A stretch of 64,000 nt of DNA, from the IMG/VR virus record IMGVR_UViG_3300028584_001240; one strand, given 5' to 3'. Shown piece by piece: positions 1 to 8,727 of this stretch. Source of the DNA: a virus (lineage: Duplodnaviria; Heunggongvirae; Uroviricota; Caudoviricetes). The notes under the pieces were generated by a model that saw nothing but the letters and a program-made list of their open reading frames with translations, ran no database searches and was not told the origin of the DNA. The translations under genes and the position numbers were made by a program. Every line of letters starts with the position of its first letter. Positions within the stretch are counted from its first letter, which is position 1.

Positions 1-336
1 ATCATTGTAAAAATAAACTTCCATTTTATTGAATTGACTAATTACATGATCCTTAATCATAAAGTGTGGAGTAATAACCGCTATTTTATTAGTATCTTTA
101 CCAATAGACTTATCTATTAATTCATACTCTTCTAAATAAGAAGCTCCTTGTTGAAAAAATTTCAAAAATAATGGATATTGTTTAATCATTTCAAAGAACG
201 ATACGACTGAAAAATCTTCTTCTATTTCAAAATTTTGAAAAACACTATTATAGAGATCTTCATTTTCAAGTAAAACCGACTTTCCATCGAGTTCAGAAAC
301 TGTAAAAATATGACCTTCTTTGCTTAATCTTAACAT
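1..336 (-). CDS. Hypothetical protein, 5' part only (runs off window); paralog of 347..1108
   Basis: Read manually: ATG at 336 after AGGAG, open to position 1 (MLRLSKEGHIFTVSELDGKSVLLENEDL...FSVVSFFEMIKQYP); aligns by eye with MILIDKYGVLYAQDEHTGEK...FGVRDFISMFETYP. Confidence 0.75.
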   Translation of the reverse strand, partial: MLRLSKEGHIFTVSELDGKSVLLENEDLYNSVFQNFEIEEDFSVVSFFEMIKQYPLFLKFFQQGASYLEEYELIDKSIGKDTNKIAVITPHFMIKDHVISQFNKMEVYFYND

Positions 337-346
337 AAAAAACTCC

Positions 347-1108
347 TTATTGTTTTCCCTTGTCTTTATCTTTCCCCGGATTCATCATATCTTCGATTTG
401 CTTCAATATGTGATTGGTATTTTCTTTTACATCCTCTTCATCCACTTTACGCTCACTTTCAAAGTTTGGCAAGCCCAATCTTTGAGACATAATATTACGC
501 ATTTTAAATAGCTTATCTTTGATTTCATTGAAACTATCTTCGGCCCCTTCATTCTCAGTATTTTGAACAAGACTATTGGCTACGACCGCAATAAAATCGA
601 ATAAAGTAAAGTTCTTAACATTAAATGGGATATGACCTTTATAGGAATTGCTATCACCTAGCTCAAATGTTAAAGCTAAGCTATCCATGATTCTAATGTT
701 GGAGTTGATAACATTTTTGAGAGACAATGAGCAAGCTTGCACATTGAGTGAGAAATTTTCTTGTAGTTTAGTAACACCGATAAGGTTAAAGTACATAATA
801 GAATTTTCTTCATCTTCCCGAGCCACAATATCTGAACCAATCTGCATACACAGGCAATCCACATCAGACTCAGTAAAATTATCATAAACCTTGGACTGAG
901 AAATGACTTCTTCAAATTCTGGCACAATAAGCAACAATGATGGATAGGTTTCAAACATTGAAATAAAATCTCTTACACCAAAGTTATGAGTCATACCAGA
1001 AATGCAATTTCTTAAAAAACTTAAAACTTCCTTGTCTTCAATTCTATATTTTTCTCCTGTGTGTTCATCTTGTGCATATAGGACACCATATTTGTCAATT
1101 AAAATCAT
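347..1108 (-). CDS. Hypothetical protein (253 aa)
   Basis: Long ORF, AGGTG RBS, consensus promoter upstream. Confidence 0.8.
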   Translation of the reverse strand: MILIDKYGVLYAQDEHTGEKYRIEDKEVLSFLRNCISGMTHNFGVRDFISMFETYPSLLLIVPEFEEVISQSKVYDNFTESDVDCLCMQIGSDIVAREDEENSIMYFNLIGVTKLQENFSLNVQACSLSLKNVINSNIRIMDSLALTFELGDSNSYKGHIPFNVKNFTLFDFIAVVANSLVQNTENEGAEDSFNEIKDKLFKMRNIMSQRLGLPNFESERKVDEEDVKENTNHILKQIEDMMNPGKDKDKGKQ

Positions 1109-1135
1109 AGTTCACCTTTAATATAAATTTCCCAA

Positions 1136-1164
1136 ATTATATACACATATAACATAAAAATCAA
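1136..1164 (-). promoter_or_regulatory. Sigma70-type promoter (TTGATT-17-TATAAT)
   Basis: Near-consensus -35/-10 with 17-bp spacer upstream of the 1108 start. Confidence 0.65.
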
Positions 1165-1192
1165 CTTGTTTTTGACGGACTGCTCATTTAGT

Positions 1193-1891
1193 TTATATTT
1201 TTGTCATTGCAATCAAAGAATTATAACGTGTAAAGTCTTCTGCATACAACTTTAATGACGCCAAAAAATCGTCAGCAATTAAAATATCTTTAATAGATGT
1301 ATGTTCCCACAAAAAATAGAAGTCTCGTAAATATGGCTGATAAAGCTCATTTAATCCATTTTCTTTCAAAAAAACTACATCACCCCTATCATAAATATAA
1401 TGATCAGAAAGATGTTGATAATTTTCATCACTCAGTGTAGGATCTTTATGGTTTTGAAATATCACTCTAACTCTCGTTAAATTACCAAACTTATCAAATG
1501 AAAATTCACTGCTAGCTCGTGTTTTATTTTCACATTCAAAACCACCCAGTTCTTGAGCCATTAAATAAAATCTTTCACGAAGATCATGAATACTAAGGTC
1601 ATCGGTATCAAATAATGGAACCAATGGCTCACCAACCCAAGCCAATATTTCATAATGGATATTTTCATAAAATGGACTTGTTTTGGTGGCCGAAACATTG
1701 ACAGTTATTGGCTGTTTACCAGACAAAAAAATTTGAACTCGTTCATCTTCGATAACACTATTAAATTCACTAATATTTGTCCCTGATTGGTCAAAAACAT
1801 TTTGCCACTTAGCATAAAAATTCTTCAAAATATCAGAAGACACATCTATAATATCGGCATCATCCACAATGATTGTTTTATTAATATTCAT
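1193..1891 (-). CDS. Hypothetical protein, tandem family 1, C-terminal MxxI tag (LIAMTKI)
   Basis: Shares FxFLWEHTSI...ExYxxLxxMxKI C-terminal block with three neighbours. Confidence 0.85.
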   Translation of the reverse strand: MNINKTIIVDDADIIDVSSDILKNFYAKWQNVFDQSGTNISEFNSVIEDERVQIFLSGKQPITVNVSATKTSPFYENIHYEILAWVGEPLVPLFDTDDLSIHDLRERFYLMAQELGGFECENKTRASSEFSFDKFGNLTRVRVIFQNHKDPTLSDENYQHLSDHYIYDRGDVVFLKENGLNELYQPYLRDFYFLWEHTSIKDILIADDFLASLKLYAEDFTRYNSLIAMTKI

Positions 1892-1895
1892 GATG

Positions 1896-2600
1896 TTAAA
1901 TAAGCTCCATTTGAATTAAGGCATGATATCGTTCAATATCTTTGATATACAGAAAAAAAGACTTATAAAAATCATCTGAAATCAAACTTTCTCTGATATT
2001 GGATCGCTGCCAAATAAAATATAGATTTCGTAAGTGTTGCAAGTTAGTCTTGCTATTGGAATTATTATAAATTAAAAAATGACTGTCATTGTGTTCATAT
2101 ATACGGTGAGCAAATGCTCTGGTAGCAATATTTTTATTTGTATTTTCAACCATGATAACAACTTCTTCAATATCAAGAGTTAAAAAATCAAAAGAAACTC
2201 TTACTCGAAATGTATTCTCATCAGGTATTTCTATTTTGAATAATCTATTCGCTAATGACCAAAAATTAGCATACATATCATCTGGTGAAAACTTTTCATT
2301 CCTTAATGTTGTTAAATTTTTAGGTGTCACATCTAAAGAAACAGTATAAATCATACTTTCATGGTTAATTTTTGAAAACATGGCTGTAAATGATAGTCTG
2401 AAAGGTCTATCATATGCTTCATCATAATCCGTTAGACGTAATAAATACATATCATTTTGGTATGATTTTTTAATTTCATCAAGATTAAAAGACACTGCTT
2501 CAAAAAATAAAGGCCATTTTAACATGAATACATTTAATTTTTCATGTAAAACAGCATAAATTCCCTCATCAATTTTAATTAAGTTTTGATCATTCATCAT
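1896..2600 (-). CDS. Hypothetical protein, tandem family 1, MxxI tag (LIQMELI)
   Basis: Paralog of neighbours (KW motif near N-terminus, IERYHALIQM at end). Confidence 0.85.
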   Translation of the reverse strand: MMNDQNLIKIDEGIYAVLHEKLNVFMLKWPLFFEAVSFNLDEIKKSYQNDMYLLRLTDYDEAYDRPFRLSFTAMFSKINHESMIYTVSLDVTPKNLTTLRNEKFSPDDMYANFWSLANRLFKIEIPDENTFRVRVSFDFLTLDIEEVVIMVENTNKNIATRAFAHRIYEHNDSHFLIYNNSNSKTNLQHLRNLYFIWQRSNIRESLISDDFYKSFFLYIKDIERYHALIQMELI

Positions 2601-3299
2601 TTAAATTTTTTCCATTTGTAACAAGGTGTGATAACGCTCAATGTCTGCTGTATATATTTTATAAGCTTCATAGAAATGAGGTGTATTAATAATCTCTTCT
2701 ATTGATGTATGTTCCCAAAGGAATTGAAAATTACACAAATTAACCACACCAGAACGAACCATATTATGTTTGCGTAATGCAACAATGTCATCAATTCTAT
2801 AAAGAGAATGCTCAACCCTCCTAGCAGCATGATTTTCGTAATGACTAAATGTCGTCTTAATACTTAACAAATCACCATCATGATCAAAAGCAAATATTAA
2901 TCTAGACGTTTCATTTTCATTTAATTCAGATCCAATAACGTTTTGATAAAATGTTTTAAAGTCATTGATGAGTTTTACAGGGTCAATGTCTTTTGTTTTA
3001 AAGTTGTTGATACTGTCAGCATCCACGCTCACATGAACATTGTAATAATGTTCAGTATAAAACCCAGAGCTAATATTTGCAGAAACAATAATAGCAAACT
3101 TCTTAAGCGTGTTAACATTAATGCCTGTTGTCTTCAAAACATGATGATAATCAGGATTCAATTCTGTTGTGGCTTCATCAAAGAAGATTTTATCATTAGC
3201 AAAAGCGAATTTCCACTTGCTATAAAATCGAGCAAGCACATTGTCTGCGTACGCTTTGATAATAGAAGTTTCTTCTGGTGTTAGATTAATCTGATTCAT
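2601..3299 (-). CDS. Hypothetical protein, tandem family 1, MxxI tag (LLQMEKI)
   Basis: Paralog; start moved to the ATG 6 nt after GGAG. Confidence 0.85.
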   Translation of the reverse strand: MNQINLTPEETSIIKAYADNVLARFYSKWKFAFANDKIFFDEATTELNPDYHHVLKTTGINVNTLKKFAIIVSANISSGFYTEHYYNVHVSVDADSINNFKTKDIDPVKLINDFKTFYQNVIGSELNENETSRLIFAFDHDGDLLSIKTTFSHYENHAARRVEHSLYRIDDIVALRKHNMVRSGVVNLCNFQFLWEHTSIEEIINTPHFYEAYKIYTADIERYHTLLQMEKI

Positions 3300-3360
3300 C
3301 AACATCTCCAAGATACATATATTTCACTATTATACTATAAAACACCAATAATAATCAACA

Positions 3361-3383
3361 AAAAAAGAGCCTAAGCTCTTTTT
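3361..3383. terminator. Intrinsic terminator; near-identical copy at about 4163-4184
   Basis: AAAAAAGAGC-CTAA-GCTCTTTT hairpin with A/T tracts. Confidence 0.7.
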
Positions 3384-3405
3384 AAATAGAAATCTCATTT
3401 ATATA

Positions 3406-4107
3406 TTAAATGCGTTCCATTTGAAGTAATGAATGATAACGCTCAATATTGTCACTGTATAGCGTGTAAGCATTAAAAAAGACAACTTCATTCATCACCG
3501 TTCGAATATTAGTATGATCCCATAGAAATGTAAAATTACGATAGTTAATGACACCCGTATGAACAAGATTGTAACCGCTTAATACATCTAAATCACTGAC
3601 ATGGTAGACAAAATGGTCTGCACGACAGGCTTCATCATTCTTATAAATAGTGAATGTCGTTTTAGCACTTAAAATCTTAGCGTCTTCATCAAAAACAAGG
3701 TATAAACCATAAGCATGTTTATCAACTTCTTTATAATTAAGAATAGATGTATAAAAGGTATGAAACTTATCACGAAGTTCAAGAGGGTTAAAATCATTTT
3801 TTTTAAAATCACGAACTCTATCACCATCAACAGCTACTGAAATGGTATAAACATTCTGTAAAGAATAAGCTTTCCCTAAGATACCTGTCACAACGATATG
3901 CATCTTTTTTAACGTTGATACATTAACAGCAATAACTTTCCATGTATACACCCCTTCACTTGGAAAATCAAGTTGATATTCATCAAAGTAGATTTTGTCA
4001 TTATAAAATGAATGCTGCCATTCCTTACAAAAGTTATTCAAAATTTCAGATGCTCGCTTTTTGAAGACTTCCACTTCTGTATGCTTTATTTCTTCAGTCA
4101 TAGTCAT
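3406..4107 (-). CDS. Hypothetical protein, tandem family 1, MxxI tag (LLQMERI)
   Basis: Close paralog of 2601..3299 (NVxTLKK, FLWxHTxI, IERYHxLLQMExI). Confidence 0.85.
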   Translation of the reverse strand: MTMTEEIKHTEVEVFKKRASEILNNFCKEWQHSFYNDKIYFDEYQLDFPSEGVYTWKVIAVNVSTLKKMHIVVTGILGKAYSLQNVYTISVAVDGDRVRDFKKNDFNPLELRDKFHTFYTSILNYKEVDKHAYGLYLVFDEDAKILSAKTTFTIYKNDEACRADHFVYHVSDLDVLSGYNLVHTGVINYRNFTFLWDHTNIRTVMNEVVFFNAYTLYSDNIERYHSLLQMERI

Positions 4108-4182
4108 TCTCCAAGCTCAATATAATAACCGTATTATACTACAAAATGAAAATAAACTCAATAAAAAAAGAGCCTAAGCTCT

Positions 4183-4443
4183 TTAAATATCGAGGTCGTT
4201 CATGGCCTCTTTAAACACTACATCATTGATTTCTTCTTTCAATGTTTTGTAACCATAAGCTTTGCGTGGATTCATACACTGCTTACAACGTGGTCTACCA
4301 CAATTTAATGCTTTATGCTTCACATACATACCAGAGATAGTTTGTGGAGTAATCATATCATATTGCTTTAAAATTTTCATTTGTTTACGAACTTGTTTAA
4401 CGTCATTAAAACGCCTTTCAGCACGCTTATTATTCTTTTCCAT
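4183..4443 (-). CDS. Small basic Cys-motif protein (CxxxxCxxCxNPR), putative Zn-binding
   Basis: RAERR N-terminus, NCGRPRCKQCMNPRK; AGGAG RBS. Confidence 0.75.
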   Translation of the reverse strand: MEKNNKRAERRFNDVKQVRKQMKILKQYDMITPQTISGMYVKHKALNCGRPRCKQCMNPRKAYGYKTLKEEINDVVFKEAMNDLDI

Positions 4444-4496
4444 ATTACGTCTCCTAAAATTAGTTAACGTCTAAGAAACACCTCGAAAGTAGTTAA

Positions 4497-4544
4497 TTAG
4501 ACGCTAAGTATTTTAAAAGCATCCAAATGATTTGATTTATTCAT
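4497..4544 (-). CDS. Putative 15-aa leader peptide MNKSNHLDAFKILSV
   Basis: Strong AAAGGAG RBS; promoter TTGCTT-17-TATAGT upstream; stop codon lies in a hairpin before the 4443 start. Confidence 0.45.
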   Translation of the reverse strand: MNKSNHLDAFKILSV

Positions 4545-4638
4545 AACAACTCCTTTATCTTTATTCAATTACTATATCAAATAAGTGCCCAAAAAGCAAG
4601 AAGCTTCCCGAAGGAAGCTTTTTTGCATTCAAGCTTTT

Positions 4639-6132
4639 TTACGCCATCATACTGCCGATATTGCCTTCTTCCGGCTCTGGTTCAGGGCGAGCCACAAACT
4701 GTTCGAAGTAACTGATGTGACCATTGATTACATCAAGTTTGTCTTGTGCATGTTCTTCCTTGGTTGCCAACTTACCACCAATCAAGTCAACAAGGTTGTC
4801 TTGACCACGAACTGCTTCAACAACCGCCTCCTGAGCCACTTTCATTTGGTCAAGGTAGAACAACACATTATGTTCACCGATCATCACAGTTGGAACATTA
4901 CGCAAGAACTCAATTAAACGCGGTGTCTCTTTGTAGTAATTAACGTGTGAAACCATACCCGGAATGGCAAGAATGTCATCTTTGTAATCAACATAAGCCT
5001 TTTCGATAATTTCGGCCATTTCTGGAATTTCCATACGGTATACGTTGTTATGTTTAACAAGAGCAAGAGCCAACATTTTTGGATCAACATTGTCTTTGTA
5101 AAGATTAAACACATCAACAGACATTTCCTGACGAAGATCATGGAAGCTTTCACGAACAAATTCATCAATGGTCGATTGTGGCTTACCTTTGAAGTTGATG
5201 TTTTTCACCAACACACCAAGGAAACGGTTAAAATCAAGACCACGATAAGCTACTGAGAAAATCGCACGACTTGTTGCACTATCAAAATCACCACTTGGCG
5301 TATTCAACAAGTCTTTCGAGCTAGCCAAAGACTGAATAAAGCACGCTTGTTTGTTCATTTCGATGCAGTAGCTGACAAGACTTTCATCACGAAACAACAC
5401 ACTGGTATCAATGTTATTGTCATAGATGAAATCACGCATGCCCCAGTCATCATCAACGCGGATGAACTCAGACAATTCGTGGCGAACTTCCATTTCTGCA
5501 AGCTCCGCAGCTTCTGGTTCGGTCACAGTAATTTCAACTTCACCAAAAAACGGCTTCATTGCACAGTTAACGTCATCGTAAACAAAGCCAACCTTAGACA
5601 AAGTGGTAATCATTTCGCGGTAAGTGCCTTGGAAGTGATAAGTCAGACCATCATCAGTTTCTAAACCAGTGCCAAGAGTGAAAGTGTTCAAAAGCACTTT
5701 ACTACCTTTTTTGTAAAGGTCTTCACCGGAAAACATCACAACCACTGGCAAAGTAACTGGTGAGTCAAATGTAGGGTTCAATCTATCGGCATAAATAGGT
5801 TTCAATAGTTTTGCTTCTTCAACTACTTTAAGGAAGTTTTCTACGGTGCCAAATTCTTCTTGAATAGCCACGTTGGTTTCAAGCGTGCCTGCCATGTCGT
5901 TAGTTTCAAACGATTCGATAATAGCGTCAATTTTAGCAGCAATTTCAGTGTTTTTCTCTTTTGCTTCATCAACCATTTCTTTCATAAATGCAAATTTAAA
6001 CAAAGAAGGGATAGCTTTAAAGCCACGGGAGAGGAAGTCTACTTCATTACGGTGTAGAACGAAATAGTTCTTAGCCATTTCTTTGGCCGTTTCAACACAG
6101 ATTTCTGGATATTGCACACGAGTAATAGTCAT
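4639..6132 (-). CDS. Hypothetical protein (497 aa), higher GC than neighbours
   Basis: Long ORF, AGGAG RBS, terminator at about 4601-4624. Confidence 0.85.
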   Translation of the reverse strand: MTITRVQYPEICVETAKEMAKNYFVLHRNEVDFLSRGFKAIPSLFKFAFMKEMVDEAKEKNTEIAAKIDAIIESFETNDMAGTLETNVAIQEEFGTVENFLKVVEEAKLLKPIYADRLNPTFDSPVTLPVVVMFSGEDLYKKGSKVLLNTFTLGTGLETDDGLTYHFQGTYREMITTLSKVGFVYDDVNCAMKPFFGEVEITVTEPEAAELAEMEVRHELSEFIRVDDDWGMRDFIYDNNIDTSVLFRDESLVSYCIEMNKQACFIQSLASSKDLLNTPSGDFDSATSRAIFSVAYRGLDFNRFLGVLVKNINFKGKPQSTIDEFVRESFHDLRQEMSVDVFNLYKDNVDPKMLALALVKHNNVYRMEIPEMAEIIEKAYVDYKDDILAIPGMVSHVNYYKETPRLIEFLRNVPTVMIGEHNVLFYLDQMKVAQEAVVEAVRGQDNLVDLIGGKLATKEEHAQDKLDVINGHISYFEQFVARPEPEPEEGNIGSMMA

Positions 6133-6264
6133 TTAGTTGTTCTCCTGAATTTTCATAATTATAGCAAAGAATAGCCTTCAACGCAACACTTTTTTAAAAT
6201 AGTTCGTAAATAGTTGAAAAAGAAAAAAGCCAGAAAAATCTGGCCTTTCATCTGCTAGTCGCTG

Positions 6265-6392
6265 CCTAACAACATATACTTGGCCTTTGTAGCCTGACCT
6301 ATGCGGGTGCTTACGCGAGTCCTGTGTTCTCTTTTAAAGAGCAGGGGGACAAAAATCCCGGCTCTATTAGCTTACGCCAATTCTTTGTTAGT
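6265..6392 (-). ncRNA. Putative structured RNA motif, copy 1 (homolog at 7991..8092)
   Basis: GC-rich multi-stem fold (CTAACAA/TTGTTAG, TTGGC/GCCAA, GGGA/TCCC, CCTG/CAGG, CTCTT/AAGAG), followed by a terminator at about 6224-6248. Confidence 0.55.
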
Positions 6393-6894
6393 CATTATAG
6401 ACATCCAGCTTACGAAAGAGTTCAAATAATTCTTGATTTCCTTGTAAACGATCTAGAAAACTATTATCTTGACCATTAAACATTTCTAAGGTGACGAAGA
6501 ATTCTTCAATATAATAGAAAGTTTGACCAAAACTATTATGCTGAGATAAATAAGCATGTGATGTAACGCCAGTATTGGTTTCTAACAGAATGACCAAATC
6601 CTTTGTTTCACCATAATAAACAGCTACCAGACCATTTTCACCAGCTTCGGCCACCGCCTCAATAAACTCATCTTCAACTAATTCGTTAAAGATATCTTCT
6701 GTTTTGTCTTTATCAACATAGAAAATGAATGCACCATGATCTTGTGGTCTTGAAAATAGATCTTCCAAGTCAAATAGACTGAATACATCATTTACGTTAT
6801 CATCGGATACATCACCAAACACCATTGCCAGATCAGGCACTTTAAAACAATGCACTAAGCTGTCTAGTTTTGGATTTTGGATTTCATGAAACAT
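6388..6894 (-). CDS. Hypothetical acidic protein, paralog of 6907..7410
   Basis: Shared PDxxxxFGxVS, VDK, GxNxxVxVYxxGxKDLxIxxET motifs. Confidence 0.85.
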   Translation of the reverse strand: MFHEIQNPKLDSLVHCFKVPDLAMVFGDVSDDNVNDVFSLFDLEDLFSRPQDHGAFIFYVDKDKTEDIFNELVEDEFIEAVAEAGENGLVAVYYGETKDLVILLETNTGVTSHAYLSQHNSFGQTFYYIEEFFVTLEMFNGQDNSFLDRLQGNQELFELFRKLDVYND

Positions 6895-6906
6895 AATTAT
6901 TTTCCT

Positions 6907-7410
6907 TTATTCTTCTTCAATAGAAATTTCTTTCAACGCGGCCAATATTTTAGGAGCCTTACCAACATAATGATAGAAATTGGATTCTTTGTCGTTCATA
7001 AGATCTTTTGTTGGGTAAAAATGCGGAACCTCAACAAAATCATCAAGAATATCATGTTCACCTTTTAAATCACAGCCTGTCATAAAACCTGAAGTCTCCA
7101 TCCAAATAATCAAGTCTTTATCACCTAAGTGATAAACAACCACAAACGCATTATCACCACATTCATCAAGAGAGTCAACATATTCGTGATTCGTCAATAG
7201 TGTTATAACTCGTTCAGTTAACGATTTATCAACTAATGCAAGTTCAGCATCATGATCATAACTTTCTTCGAGAAATTTTTCAAGCTGTTCAACTGTAGTA
7301 ATGTCTAAGCTATTTTCACCTGAAACATTACCGAAAGCAATAGAAATATCAGGCTTTTTCAACAGACCAATCACATTATCAATTTTAAGATTTTTAATAA
7401 GTTCTGCCAT
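6907..7410 (-). CDS. Hypothetical acidic protein, paralog of 6388..6894
   Basis: Same motifs as 6388..6894; AGGGG RBS. Confidence 0.85.
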   Translation of the reverse strand: MAELIKNLKIDNVIGLLKKPDISIAFGNVSGENSLDITTVEQLEKFLEESYDHDAELALVDKSLTERVITLLTNHEYVDSLDECGDNAFVVVYHLGDKDLIIWMETSGFMTGCDLKGEHDILDDFVEVPHFYPTKDLMNDKESNFYHYVGKAPKILAALKEISIEEE

Positions 7411-7444
7411 TTTTTCCCCTTAGTTATTTATCAGTCATACTGGT

Positions 7445-7828
7445 TTAAAAGTTAATGAAATTATGATCAAACATATTATGGTTATAAATCTGAGCAATCT
7501 GACCATCAGGATACGCTAAGACATAATCCGCCATATACATTTCATCTTCGATCTCTGGATCGTATAAAATATCTGTCTTCTCGTAAGTATCATACAACTT
7601 ATCAATCATATACTCACGAAAATCATCATCAGTTAAAGATTTCCCATGTTGCTCACATATGTCAGCAATATTAAAATTATATTCCTTCATAACGTTATTG
7701 TATAATTTCATAAGAGATTTAGTATTAAGAGACAACAATTCATTTTCTGTTTTAATCGTCTTTTTACCATCCTTAATTGCTGAACGGCTAATCGCTTTTT
7801 TTAAAACCTCAATAACAATCTGCTTCAT
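7445..7828 (-). CDS. Hypothetical protein (about 127 aa, MKQIVIEV...)
   Basis: Start moved to ATG after GAGGA; the longer ORF call overlaps tRNA-Gly. Confidence 0.7.
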   Translation of the reverse strand: MKQIVIEVLKKAISRSAIKDGKKTIKTENELLSLNTKSLMKLYNNVMKEYNFNIADICEQHGKSLTDDDFREYMIDKLYDTYEKTDILYDPEIEDEMYMADYVLAYPDGQIAQIYNHNMFDHNFINF

Positions 7829-7875
7829 AGAATGTCCTCTTTTATAATTAGAAATCACTGTAAACCACAAATAAA

Positions 7876-7893
7876 AAAACACCCGAAGGTGTT
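7876..7893 (-). terminator. Terminator of the tRNA operon
   Basis: AACACC-TTCG-GGTGTT followed by a T tract on the minus strand. Confidence 0.75.
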
Positions 7894-7900
7894 GTAAATT

Positions 7901-7974
7901 TGGAGCGGAATACGAGGATCGAACTCGTGTAGCCAGCTTGGAAGGCTGGAGCACAGCCACTATGCCAATTCCGC
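7901..7974 (-). tRNA. tRNA-Gly(TCC)
   Basis: Full cloverleaf GCGGAAT...CCAGC-CTTCCAA-GCTGG...GTTCGA...ATTCCGC-T-CCA. Confidence 0.95.
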
Positions 7975-7990
7975 AATAACGATTAAACTC

Positions 7991-8092
7991 ACACTTCCAG
8001 TTTGCTTATACTCGCTTTTGCAGTCTTCGCAGATCCTGTGCTCTCGTCGGGAGTAGGCTTCTAGAGCCTTGCATAATTTCTTTGCTGAGTGT
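7991..8092 (-). ncRNA. Putative structured RNA motif, copy 2, inside tRNA operon
   Basis: Shares CAAAGAA...CTC-loop-GAG-A[AG]CACAGGA...GCG.AAG...CAAA.G...AGTATA with 6265..6392; closing stem ACACT-CAG/CTG-AGTGT. Confidence 0.5.
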
Positions 8093-8102
8093 TTATTTAA
8101 TC

Positions 8103-8220
8103 TGGTGCGGAACGGTCTTACAACACGAACCACATATCTTTCGTGCCCATTTAAGGGCTTTACAGTAAAGGGTTTTAGCCCTGTCGCTGGGGTAGATTAC
8201 TGCTATCTTCGCCCAACCAA
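8103..8220 (-). ncRNA. Putative CCA-terminated multi-hairpin RNA of unknown class
   Basis: Hairpins GTTGGG/CCCAGC, AGGG/CCCT, GCCC/GGGC, ACGAA/TTCGT; ends TTCCGCACCA with the same GATTAAA trailer as tRNA-Thr. Confidence 0.4.
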
Positions 8221-8222
8221 AA

Positions 8223-8351
8223 TGGTCTGCTTGTATTCGGACTTGAACCGAAGATTAAATCCTCAATGACTCTTTCAGCCCCGGAAGCCTTAGCTGTGGT
8301 TGACTAGTATACCACAACGTTCATTAATTCATCAATAAACCTATTACAAGC
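8223..8351 (-). ncRNA. tRNA-like RNA (acceptor stem plus T-arm, enlarged central region)
   Basis: GCTTGTA/TACAAGC 7-bp stem abutting TTCGG-TTCAAGT-CCGAA T-arm; about 90-nt multi-hairpin insert; ends AGACCA. Confidence 0.55.
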
Positions 8352-8364
8352 ATAAATTTTAATC

Positions 8365-8440
<76 letters not shown>

Positions 8441-8469
8441 ATAAAGTGTTTGCTGCTTCAATATTGATA

Positions 8470-8498
8470 ATACTACAGTAATCACTCATTGAAGTCAA
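8470..8498 (-). promoter_or_regulatory. Promoter of the tRNA operon (TTGACT-17-TAGTAT)
   Basis: Sigma70-like match 30 nt upstream of tRNA-Thr. Confidence 0.7.
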
Positions 8499-8727
8499 GC
8501 AGTTTTTTCTATTTTATTCTTTTATTTTATCTTTTAAATCAATGTTTTTCTTCAGTTAACGGTTTTTTGTCATCCAACCTGAATACATTTAAAAGATGCT
8601 AATACTATTTTTTTCAATCCTTATAGAAATATGATTTTTATTTCATTTCCAACAAACCTCTTTATTTTAAAAAATATAGTGTATATTAACAGATACGGAT
8701 TAAAAATTCAACCTAGGAGATACATGA

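Noticed and set aside
6265-6392. Hairpin, twister-sister or pistol ribozyme identity for the repeated RNA motif
   Set aside because: Only short word matches (AGAA, GAGAACAC, GTATAT, GCAAGGC); the required helices and catalytic loops cannot be built.
7829-7960. N-terminal extension of ORF 7445..7960
   Set aside because: Overlaps tRNA-Gly and its terminator; the RBS-supported start is at 7828.
8069-8269. 66-aa plus-strand ORF
   Set aside because: Antisense to the structured-RNA/tRNA operon, with no RBS.
8223-8351. tmRNA (internal GGGGCTGA) or amber suppressor tRNA (CTA in loop)
   Set aside because: No matching Ala acceptor 3' strand or tag ORF; the loop is 10 nt and lacks U33 geometry around CTA.
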